A DNA stretch of 64,000 nt from Gaiellaceae bacterium (GTDB lineage: Bacteria > Actinomycetota > Thermoleophilia > Gaiellales > Gaiellaceae), in the NCBI GenBank assembly GCA_036526315.1, contig DATCYR010000087.1:5203-69202 (forward strand), given 5' to 3'. The notes beneath the pieces are model-generated. The model did no database searches and was not told the origin of the DNA. It saw only the letters and a list, made by a program, of their open reading frames with translations. Below are positions 29,209 to 37,114 of the stretch, one piece after another; position 1 is the stretch's first letter, and every line of letters begins with the position of its first letter. The position numbers and the translations under genes are program-made.

Positions 29209-29822
29209 CCGACACGGGGACGCTCGACGCGAGCAAGGTAGGCGGACGGCTCCGGGCCGAACGCGAGCGCCGCGGGATCAGCCTTCGGGAGCTCGCGCGC
29301 CGCGTCGGCGTCTCACCGAGCCTCGTCTCGCAGATCGAGCTCGACCGCGTGAATCCGTCCGTCAGCACGCTCTACTCGCTCGTGACCGAGTTGGGGATGA
29401 CGATGAGCGACGTGTTCGGCGACGTACGGCCGAACGAGCGTGCGGCTCCCCAGCCGCCCGGAGCCGAGGGCCTGGCCGAGCGGCCGGAGACTCGTCGTGT
29501 GATCAGTCTCGCGTCAGGTGTCCGCTGGGAGCGACTCACGCCCGAGAGCGACGGTGACGTCGAGTTTCTCTATGTCACGTATCCCATCGGCGCCGAGTCG
29601 TGCCCGGAGGACGCGCTGATGACGCACGGCGGCAGAGAGTACGGGTACGTCACGCGCGGTACGCTCGGCGTCCGGGTCGGCTTCGACGAGTACGAGCTTC
29701 AGCCCGGCGGATCGATCGCGTTCGACTCGTCCTCGCCGCATCGCCTCTGGACGATCGGAGACGAGCCCGTGAACGCTGTGTGGGTGGTCATCGGGCGCAC
29801 GGCCGATCCACGCGGCGAGTAA
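29205..29822 (+). CDS. XRE-family HTH regulator with C-terminal cupin sensor domain
   Basis: GGRLRAERERRGISLRELARRVGVSPSLVSQIELDRVNPSVSTLYSL (HTH_3). A cupin follows (GREYGYVTRGTLGVRVG...SSSPHRLW). ATGA overlap with the E1 beta gene. Confidence 0.85.
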   Translation: MTDTGTLDASKVGGRLRAERERRGISLRELARRVGVSPSLVSQIELDRVNPSVSTLYSLVTELGMTMSDVFGDVRPNERAAPQPPGAEGLAERPETRRVISLASGVRWERLTPESDGDVEFLYVTYPIGAESCPEDALMTHGGREYGYVTRGTLGVRVGFDEYELQPGGSIAFDSSSPHRLWTIGDEPVNAVWVVIGRTADPRGE

Positions 29823-29828
29823 CCGCGC

Positions 29829-30833
29829 TCAGCCCGCCGACGCGTCGCCCTGTCGTGCGCGCAGGCGGCCGACACCGCCCCAGCCGGTACGCAGTCGCGC
29901 GAACCAGGCCGGGGCCTGGTAGAGCACGAGCGCCAGCAGGATGAGGGCGCCGATGGTGATCTCCGCGTACTCGGTCGGCTGCTGGAACAGGGGAAGGACG
30001 TTGCCGATCTCCGTGAGGAAGAGCGCGGCCAGAAGCGTGCCGACGAACGAGCCCTTGCCGCCGGCGAGGCTGGCACCGCCGAGAACGGCCGCCGCAATGC
30101 TCTCGAGGGCATAGCTCCCGATGATGGGCGAGCCGATCTGCACCTGGGCTGCGAGATAGAAGCCGGCGATCGCAGCCATCAGCGAGCAGATGACGAACGC
30201 GAGGAAGACCGTACGCCCGGTCGCCATGCCGAGGCGCCGCGAGGCAGTGTCGTCCAGACCGACCGCGCGAAGAGCCAGGCCGCCGCGGCTCCTGTAGAGC
30301 CAGATGTCCGCGACGACCGCTAGGACGACGACGCCGATGAACGCATATGGGACGAAGCTGACGCTGGAGTTCAGGGCATCGATCACATCGAGGTTGATGA
30401 AACCCTCGGGGTGGTCGCGGAGCAGCAGCGAGAGGCCCTCCAGGATGCTGAGCGTTCCGAGCGTTGCGATGATGGACGGGAGCTTCAGGACACGGATCAG
30501 CGTCGCGTTGAACACGCCGGTCGCGAGGCCGACGCCGACGATCGCGAGAGCGCCCGCCAGCAGGACCGGCCACGACTTGTCGGGCTGGAGGGTGTACGAC
30601 GCCGTCACGACACACAGCGTCATGAGCGCCGCGACGGAGACGTCGAACCCGCCGACGAGGAGCGCACTCGTCTGGCCGAGGGCGACGAGGGCGAGCGGCA
30701 TCGTCGTCAGCAAAAGGTTCCCCATGTTGTATTTCGTGAGGAACGCGTCCTGGTGGACGGCGGTGTACGCACCGAGACCGACGACGAGCGCCGTCATCAG
30801 CACGAGTGGGAGCCAGCCGCGAACGGTGGTCAT
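29829..30833 (-). CDS. Sugar-type (RbsC/branched) ABC permease
   Basis: MTTVRGWLPLVL..., LALVALGQTSALLVGGFDVSVAALMTL, and about 9 TM helices. ATGA overlap with the ATPase gene. Confidence 0.85.
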   Translation of the reverse strand: MTTVRGWLPLVLMTALVVGLGAYTAVHQDAFLTKYNMGNLLLTTMPLALVALGQTSALLVGGFDVSVAALMTLCVVTASYTLQPDKSWPVLLAGALAIVGVGLATGVFNATLIRVLKLPSIIATLGTLSILEGLSLLLRDHPEGFINLDVIDALNSSVSFVPYAFIGVVVLAVVADIWLYRSRGGLALRAVGLDDTASRRLGMATGRTVFLAFVICSLMAAIAGFYLAAQVQIGSPIIGSYALESIAAAVLGGASLAGGKGSFVGTLLAALFLTEIGNVLPLFQQPTEYAEITIGALILLALVLYQAPAWFARLRTGWGGVGRLRARQGDASAG

Positions 30834-32350
30834 ACCGGCCCCTCGACGGCTCGCGCGCCGACGATCGCCTCGACGATCCGCCGTTCGCCGAGGTCCGCCC
30901 GCTGAATCTCGTCGACGATCTTGCCGCGTGACATCACGATCACGCGATCGCACAGTCCCGCGAGCTCGAGCGGGTCGCTGGACTTCACGATGATCGCGAC
31001 GCCCTCGTCAGCTTTCGCGCGCAGCGCCTCGTAGATGTCGAAGCGAGCGCCCACGTCGACGCCCTGCGTCGGCTCCTCCGCGAGGATCAGGTTCACGTCG
31101 CCGCGGAGGAACGGTCGCGTCAGCGAGACCTTTTGCTGATTGCCGCCGGAAAGCGACTGCACCGGCTGCTCGACCGACGCCATTCGGATTCGCAGCCGGT
31201 GGACGAGCTCGTCGACCATTCGCCGCTCTCGGCGCCGGCGCAGCACCCCCCAGCGTCCGAGTCGGCCGAGCACCTGCACGGTCGTGTTGGCGCGGACGCT
31301 CAGCACAGGGAAGAGCGATTCGCCCGTTCGGTCCCCGCTCAGGAGCACGATGCCCGCACGGAGCGCCGAGAGCGGTGACTTCGTCTTCAGCTCGCGGCCG
31401 TTGCAGGAAGCCGTCCCGGTCGGGCGCTCCACGCCCGCGAGTGCCCGGAGGAACTGCACCTGTCCGTTGCCTTCGGCGCCGGCGAGCCCGAGGATCTCGC
31501 CTCGTGCGACCTCGAGATCGATCGGGCCGAAGCGGTCTCCGCGAAGACCGGAGACCGCGAGCAGCACCTCGGACGACCGCTCGCTCCCGTCGCGTTCGGG
31601 GAACGCCTGCTGCAGCGGACGCCCGATCATCAACGCGATCAGCGACTCCTCCGACATTCCGGCAGCGGCGAACGTTCCTTGACTCACCCCGTCACGCAGC
31701 ACCGTCAGGCGATCCGCGATGCCCAGAACCTCGGGGAGCCGGTGGCTGACATAGACGATTCCGACGCCCGCACGGGAGCGCTCGAGCACAAGTGCGTGCA
31801 GTCGCTCGACCTCCTCCGGGCCGAGCGCTGTCGTCGGCTCGTCGAGCAGCAGCACTTTCGGCTTCGTCAGCAACGCCTTGACGACTTCGAGGAGCTGCCT
31901 CTCGGCCAGCGACAGTGCCTGCACTCCGGCCGCGGCCGGCAGATCCAGGTTGAACTCTTGAAGCTTCGCCGCCGCCCAGTCGACCATTCGACCGAACGGG
32001 GGTTGCTCGCCCTTCGGCGCTGAGAGATAGAGGTTCTCGGCGACGGACAAGTCGCGCACGTGCGAGTAGGTCTGGTACGCGATCCCCAGCCCGTTCCGGC
32101 GAGCTTCAGCCGGAGATCCGCGCCGGCGCCGGCGACCGCCGATTTCGACGGTACCGGCGTCCGGCGCGAGAAAGCCGCTGGCGATGCCGAGAAGTGTCGA
32201 TTTCCCGGACCCGTTTTCCCCGACGAGCGCATGCACCTCGCCCGCGCGGCAGTCGAAGCTCACCTCGCGGAGCGCCTGCACGGCTCCGAATGCCTTCGAG
32301 ACGCCGCTCAGCGACAGCACGACGGGGCTCTCGGGCCCGGGATTCGACAT
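30830..32350 (-). CDS. Duplicated-cassette sugar-type ABC ATPase (RbsA/MglA-like)
   Basis: GENGSGKSTL, LSLAERQLLEVVKAL and LLLDEPTTAL form the first cassette. GAEGNGQ, LSGGNQQKVSL and ILAEEPTQGVD form the second. Confidence 0.9.
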   Translation of the reverse strand: MSNPGPESPVVLSLSGVSKAFGAVQALREVSFDCRAGEVHALVGENGSGKSTLLGIASGFLAPDAGTVEIGGRRRRRGSPAEARRNGLGIAYQTYSHVRDLSVAENLYLSAPKGEQPPFGRMVDWAAAKLQEFNLDLPAAAGVQALSLAERQLLEVVKALLTKPKVLLLDEPTTALGPEEVERLHALVLERSRAGVGIVYVSHRLPEVLGIADRLTVLRDGVSQGTFAAAGMSEESLIALMIGRPLQQAFPERDGSERSSEVLLAVSGLRGDRFGPIDLEVARGEILGLAGAEGNGQVQFLRALAGVERPTGTASCNGRELKTKSPLSALRAGIVLLSGDRTGESLFPVLSVRANTTVQVLGRLGRWGVLRRRRERRMVDELVHRLRIRMASVEQPVQSLSGGNQQKVSLTRPFLRGDVNLILAEEPTQGVDVGARFDIYEALRAKADEGVAIIVKSSDPLELAGLCDRVIVMSRGKIVDEIQRADLGERRIVEAIVGARAVEGPV

Positions 32351-32373
32351 CGTCTCGTTCGCTCAGATGACTC

Positions 32374-33630
32374 CTACGGATACATCTTGTGCAGCAGGCT
32401 CAGCGGGATCAGCGACGTCGCCGATGCTTCCGTCGGATAGCCCTTCACGCACTGATCGCGCTTGGCCTGGTTCTGCAGCTGGATCGGGAACACGATCTTC
32501 GGTGGGATCTTCGCGCCCTTCAGCTTCATCATCGCGGCCGTGAAGGCGACGCGAATCTGCGAGTTGCCGGACGTGTAATAGAACACCCTCAGCTTCGGGT
32601 TGTTCAGCTTGTCGTACGCACAACCCATGCCGACGTCGTCCGTCCGCAGGGTCAGCACAGTATTGAACGGCTTGCCCGCAGCCTTGTACGCAGCGAGCCC
32701 ACCCTGTGCCATCCCGAGGCCGTATTCGTAGCTCCAGCCCTTGATGTCCGGGTAGCGGGCAAGGATGCCGGCGACGACCTCTTGGACCTTCGACGGATCC
32801 CAGTTCGTAGCCTCCGTCGCGACCACGTGGATGTTCTTGTTGAGGGCCGGACGCTCACACGTCTGCCACCCGAGCGACAGCGGATTGCCCGGGAAGCCGC
32901 CGAGGAACGCGATATTCCCCGACTTGACGTAGGTGTTCATGATCTTGGCGTACGCCTTGCCGAGGCGGCAGGTGTCTTCGCCGACGACGGTCAGGTAGTC
33001 CTTGCCGGGGTTGCTGACGTAACCCCAGGCATATGTCGCCACGGGGATCCCGGCCTTCGTCGCCTCGCGGAACACCGGCAGCATCGCGTCCCCGAAGTCC
33101 GGATACGTGACGATCAGGTTCACGTGCTGCGCGATCGCCGCGCGAAAGTCCGTCAGCGCCTGAGTCGGGTTCGAGTGGGCGCTCGTGTAGATGATCTTGC
33201 CCACCGACTTGTACGTCAGCGCCTGGAGGATGAACTCCATCTTCGACATCTGGCGGAAGACGTTCTCGCCGAACCCCTCGACGTACGCGACCTTCAGCTT
33301 CCCGCCGGTTCCGGTGTCGCAGCCGTTGTTCTTCCAGCACTTGAGCGCGAGGTTGAGGTTCACCTTCTTGTCGGAGCGCCCAAGCGCCGCGAGCGCGATG
33401 TTGCGCGCCATCTTGTTCGTCGGCAGCAGCTTCGCGTTGAAGAGCGTCTTCTTCAGAGTCGAGGCCTTCGCCTTGTAGGTCTCGCCGTAACCGCCGCCCG
33501 AACCGACCATTTGCGGCTTCAACGAGCGTCCGCTCTGCCCTGCCGCCACGAGCACGAGCGTGATTGCGAGGAGCGCCAGCAGCGGCACCGCTCGCAGCCA
33601 CCTCCTTTCGCCGGTCCTTCGTCTGTGCAT
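32374..33630 (-). CDS. Periplasmic-binding-protein type-I substrate-binding protein (extended, Cys-rich)
   Basis: AGGAGG lies ahead of ATG 33630 and there is a TM/signal anchor. KLKVAYVEGFGENVFRQ, VNLIVTYPDFGD and NIAFLGGFPGNP resemble the RbsB-like fold. There is an extra segment of about 80 aa at the N-terminus and eight Cys residues. The composition is visibly Lys/Asn-rich. Confidence 0.75.
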   Translation of the reverse strand: MHRRRTGERRWLRAVPLLALLAITLVLVAAGQSGRSLKPQMVGSGGGYGETYKAKASTLKKTLFNAKLLPTNKMARNIALAALGRSDKKVNLNLALKCWKNNGCDTGTGGKLKVAYVEGFGENVFRQMSKMEFILQALTYKSVGKIIYTSAHSNPTQALTDFRAAIAQHVNLIVTYPDFGDAMLPVFREATKAGIPVATYAWGYVSNPGKDYLTVVGEDTCRLGKAYAKIMNTYVKSGNIAFLGGFPGNPLSLGWQTCERPALNKNIHVVATEATNWDPSKVQEVVAGILARYPDIKGWSYEYGLGMAQGGLAAYKAAGKPFNTVLTLRTDDVGMGCAYDKLNNPKLRVFYYTSGNSQIRVAFTAAMMKLKGAKIPPKIVFPIQLQNQAKRDQCVKGYPTEASATSLIPLSLLHKMYP

Positions 33631-33644
33631 CGTGCCTCCTCCTT

Positions 33645-34724
33645 TCATGACGCCCCTGTTCCATTTGCGTTTGCGATCGCGTGCGAACGCGTTTCCGGGG
33701 GACGCAGGATGCGACCCAGGAGTGCGGCGACACGGTCGCCCGAAACCAACATGCCGACAAGGATCGCGGCGCCGAAGACGACGAACTGCATCGCCGTCGA
33801 CAGCCCGAGAATGCGCAGCATCTGCGTCAGCAGTGTCAGCGCAAGCGCGGCGACCCAGGTCGACGTCGCGCTTGCCAGACCACCCGCGAGCGACGCGCCT
33901 CCGATCACAACCGCGGCGATGGGCGCCAGCAGGTACTCGGCGCCGAAGCCCGGGTCGATGCTGATGCGGACTCCAGCGAGCAGGATTGCGGCCGTCGCAT
34001 AGAGCATCCCGGCAGCGACGTAGGCGAACACGACGTGCGCTCGAATGCGGACGCCGGCCATCCAGGCGGCGCGCGGGTTTGCACCCACTGCCTGGAAACG
34101 GCGGCCCGCGGCGGTATAGCGGAGCAGCAAGGCGACGACGATCGTCAGGGCGGCGCCCGTCCAGAACACGACGCTCACGCCGAGCGGCTTCTTCGCCGCC
34201 CACGTCGACAACGCCTCCGGAACGTTCGCGCCTTCGACGACGCCGCGCGAATACTTGACGCCCCATGCGAGGACGATCTGGCCGACGGCGAGCGTGACGA
34301 TCAGCGGGTTGAGCCTGAGGACGCCGACGAGGACGCCGTTCGCGAGCCCGACGCCGGCTCCGAGGGCCAGGCACGCCAGGATCGCGAGGGCAAGGCGGTC
34401 ATTCGAGCCCTCGCCGACGCCGACGATCAGCGTTCCCCCGAAGAACATCACGCCGGGTGTCGAGAGGTCGATGCCTGCCTGCATGATCACGAGCATCTGG
34501 CCGAGCGCCGCGACGGCGAGGATGGTCATGTACGGCAGGACGAACGCCCAGGACGTGCTTTGAAGTGCGTCGGGCGCGATGATCGCGGCGACGACGGCGA
34601 GGATTCCGGTCGCGATCCAGACCGGAAGAAAGCGCGCCGCAACAACGGCGTTCGCGACGAGGCCGGTACCCGTTCGGGATGCGCTGAGAGCGCTCACCGA
34701 TCGCCCAATCCGGGGCGGCACCAC
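33645..34724 (-). CDS. Sugar-type ABC permease (second subunit)
   Basis: LAVAALGQMLVIMQAGIDLSTPG and about 9 TM helices. The start is GTG 34724 or GTG 34697. Confidence 0.8.
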   Translation of the reverse strand: MVPPRIGRSVSALSASRTGTGLVANAVVAARFLPVWIATGILAVVAAIIAPDALQSTSWAFVLPYMTILAVAALGQMLVIMQAGIDLSTPGVMFFGGTLIVGVGEGSNDRLALAILACLALGAGVGLANGVLVGVLRLNPLIVTLAVGQIVLAWGVKYSRGVVEGANVPEALSTWAAKKPLGVSVVFWTGAALTIVVALLLRYTAAGRRFQAVGANPRAAWMAGVRIRAHVVFAYVAAGMLYATAAILLAGVRISIDPGFGAEYLLAPIAAVVIGGASLAGGLASATSTWVAALALTLLTQMLRILGLSTAMQFVVFGAAILVGMLVSGDRVAALLGRILRPPETRSHAIANANGTGAS

Positions 34725-34747
34725 GGTGGAGAGCTAGCCGCGACCAG

Positions 34748-34757
34748 GAATGCATTC
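34748..34757. promoter_or_regulatory. Perfect 10-bp palindrome GAATGCATTC (operator candidate)
   Basis: Seen directly, 24 nt upstream of the minus-strand permease start, in the AT-richer divergent intergenic region. TGCAT recurs 5 nt later. Confidence 0.3.
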
Positions 34758-34845
34758 TGTGCATGTCGTGGCGGGAGTGTCAACTGTGGCCGAACGCCAT
34801 TCCATCCACGCTGAACGAAATGCCTGGAGGTGTGCGCTTTCGGCG

Positions 34846-34875
34846 TTGACTCTCCGAAGTTCGGGCGTTTATGCT
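34846..34875 (+). promoter_or_regulatory. Sigma-70-like promoter (TTGACT - 18 nt - TATGCT)
   Basis: -35 at 34846-34851 and -10 at 34870-34875. This would give a leader of about 90 nt ahead of ATG 34973. Confidence 0.35.
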
Positions 34876-34886
34876 CGCTGTACATG

Positions 34887-34938
34887 CGGCAGCGTGAGAC
34901 ACCGTCTGCTGCCGGCGACGGCGCACTCGTGCCGTCGC
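34887..34938 (+). promoter_or_regulatory. Two adjacent leader hairpins upstream of the amidohydrolase gene
   Basis: Hairpin 1 is CGGCAGC...GCTGCCG (34887-34914). Hairpin 2 (34915-34938) is a 10-bp stem GCGACGGCGC / GTGCCGTCGC with one G-T pair and an ACTC loop. Confidence 0.35.
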
Positions 34939-34972
34939 GCCTATTCGTGTCCGGCCAGCCAAGGAGAGAGGG

Positions 34973-36340
34973 ATGAGCTCGCAGCGGCTACTGATCCGCA
35001 ACGGCTTCGTCGTCTCGATGGACAGCGACGTCGGCGACCTGCCGAACGGAGACGTCCTGGTCGAGGACGGCAAGATCGCCGAGGTCGGACGCGACCTCGC
35101 CGTGTCCGACGCCGAGGTTGTCGACGCGACCGGGATGATCGTCATGCCCGGCTTCGTCGACACACACCGGCATACCTGGCAGACGCCCGTTCGCGGCGTG
35201 CTGCCGTGTTGCACGCTCGACAACTACTTCGCAGTCATGCTCGGGAGCGTCGGCGGCCACTACCGCCCGGAGGACGTCCACATCGGAAACTATGCCGGCG
35301 CGCTCGAAGCGCTCAACGGCGGTGTGACCACGCTCCTCGATTGGTCGCACATCAACAACACGCCCGATCACTCGGACGCTGCGGTGCAGGGCCTGAAAGA
35401 CGCCGGTATCCGTGCGATCTACGCGCACGGCGTGCCGACGGGCGGCGAGTGGTGGGCGTTCAGCGAGCTCGACCACCCCGAGGACATCCGCCGCATTCGC
35501 GACACGTACTTCTCGTCGGACGACGGTTTGATCACCCTCGCCCTCGCTGCGCGCGCACCGGGGAACTCGAACTTCGAAGTCGCCAAGCACGACTGGGAGC
35601 TCGCGCGCGATCTCGGCATCCGCATCAGCGTCCACGTCGGGATGCGACTCACCGGCATCCATGTGAACCACGTGAAGAACATGCACGACCTCGGGCTCAT
35701 GGGGCCTGACACGTGCTACATCCACTGCACCGACTCGACCGACGAGGAGCTCGACCTGATCAAGGAGAGCGGGGGAACTGCGTCCGTCGCACCGTACGTC
35801 GAGATGCTCATGGGCCACGGCCGCCCGCCGACGGGTCGCCTGCTCGCCCGCGGCGTGCCCGTCTCGCTCAGCGTCGACGTCGTGTCGAGTGTCCCGGGTG
35901 AGATGTTCACGCAGATGCGGACGGCGCTCGTATTCGAACGGATCGGCGCTTTCACCGACACGCCGGACGACGCATTCGCGCCGACGCTGTCGCATCGGGA
36001 CGTGCTCGAGTTCGCGACGATTGAAGGCGCGCGCGCAGTTGCGCTCGACGATCGCGTCGGCTCGCTCACTCCCGGCAAGCAGGCAGACATCGTGCTGTTG
36101 AAGACGCATGCGATCAACACCGCGCCGATGGTCGATCCAATCGGGACGATCGTCGTGTTCGCCGATACGTCAAACGTCGATTCGGTCTTCGTGGCCGGCC
36201 GCGCCGTGAAAAGGCATGGGGAGCTCGTCGGTGCGAATCTCGACGACGTCCTGCGGCGGCTCGACGAGTCGCGAAATCACATCCTGGGCGAGGGCGAGCT
36301 GCTTCCGAGCTGGGCAGCAGAGCCGGTGGCAGCGGCCTAG
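34973..36340 (+). CDS. Amidohydrolase-superfamily deaminase/chlorohydrolase-like enzyme
   Basis: LIRNGFVVSMD, MPGFVDTHRHTWQT (HxH), IHCTDS, and SLSVDVVSS. This is the guanine/8-oxoguanine/atrazine-type subgroup layout. AAGGAGAGAGGG lies ahead of the ATG. Confidence 0.85.
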   Translation: MSSQRLLIRNGFVVSMDSDVGDLPNGDVLVEDGKIAEVGRDLAVSDAEVVDATGMIVMPGFVDTHRHTWQTPVRGVLPCCTLDNYFAVMLGSVGGHYRPEDVHIGNYAGALEALNGGVTTLLDWSHINNTPDHSDAAVQGLKDAGIRAIYAHGVPTGGEWWAFSELDHPEDIRRIRDTYFSSDDGLITLALAARAPGNSNFEVAKHDWELARDLGIRISVHVGMRLTGIHVNHVKNMHDLGLMGPDTCYIHCTDSTDEELDLIKESGGTASVAPYVEMLMGHGRPPTGRLLARGVPVSLSVDVVSSVPGEMFTQMRTALVFERIGAFTDTPDDAFAPTLSHRDVLEFATIEGARAVALDDRVGSLTPGKQADIVLLKTHAINTAPMVDPIGTIVVFADTSNVDSVFVAGRAVKRHGELVGANLDDVLRRLDESRNHILGEGELLPSWAAEPVAAA

Positions 36341-36355
36341 GCAGCTCCTCCTCAC

Positions 36356-36386
36356 GGGCTCGCCCCGTCGCCCACGGGGCGAGCCC
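36356..36386 (+). terminator. Strong GC hairpin (12-bp perfect stem), terminator candidate without U-tail
   Basis: GGGCTCGCCCCG - TCGCCCA - CGGGGCGAGCCC, 16 nt after the amidohydrolase stop. Confidence 0.45.
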
Positions 36387-36412
36387 CTCCGTCGCGTCGA
36401 AAGGAGATGACC

Positions 36413-37114
36413 ATGGCGAACGGCACCGTCGTCGTCGTCGGCGGCACACAGGGCCTCGGCCGCGAGCTGGCCAAGGCGTACGCCGCCGACGGCCGTGAGG
36501 TCATCGTGACCGGGCGGGACGGGTCGCGGGCGAATACCGCAGCGTCCGAGATCGGCGGCGGCGCTCGCGGCATCGGCTTCGACCTCGCCGAACCGCACTC
36601 GATCGCAACTGCGCTCGCCGATGTCTCCGACGTCCAGTACCTGGTGCTCGCCGCGATCGAACGCGACGTCAACAAGGTGCACGAGTACGACATCGACGCG
36701 GCGCTCCGGTTGGTGACGCTGAAGCTCGTGGGGTACACGGAAGTGATTCACGCCCTGGCACCGCACATGCGAGACGATTCTTCAGTGCTCATCTACGGCG
36801 GCCTTGCGCGCGACCGGCCGTACCCGGGCTCGACGACCGTTACGACGGTCAACGGCGGCGTGACGGGCCTCGTCCGCACACTCGTGATCGAGTTGGCGCC
36901 GAAGCGCGTCAATGCGCTTCACCCCGCGATCGTCGGTGACAGCCCGCAGTGGGTCAACATGCCCGACGAGCGGCGCGACGCACTGGTGCAGCGCACGCCG
37001 ATCGGCCGCCTCGTCACAATGGCCGAGGTCGTGGCCGCGTCGCGCTTCCTCCTCGAGAACCCTGCGCTGAACGGCATCAACCTGCCCGTCGACGGCGGCT
37101 GGCTCTGCATGTGA
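36413..37114 (+). CDS. Short-chain dehydrogenase/reductase (SDR)
   Basis: VVVVGGTQGLGRELAKAY (TGxxxGxG-like) and INLPVDGGW at the C-terminus. ATG 36413 has 6-nt spacing from AAGGAG, whereas ATG 36407 abuts the SD. Confidence 0.85.
   Translation: MANGTVVVVGGTQGLGRELAKAYAADGREVIVTGRDGSRANTAASEIGGGARGIGFDLAEPHSIATALADVSDVQYLVLAAIERDVNKVHEYDIDAALRLVTLKLVGYTEVIHALAPHMRDDSSVLIYGGLARDRPYPGSTTVTTVNGGVTGLVRTLVIELAPKRVNALHPAIVGDSPQWVNMPDERRDALVQRTPIGRLVTMAEVVAASRFLLENPALNGINLPVDGGWLCM

Noticed and set aside
34887-34938. Guanidine-II (mini-ykkC) riboswitch, considered because of the two tandem hairpins near guanidino-compound genes.
   Set aside because: The loops are ACTC and a 12-14-nt loop, not the ACGR tetraloops that define mini-ykkC.
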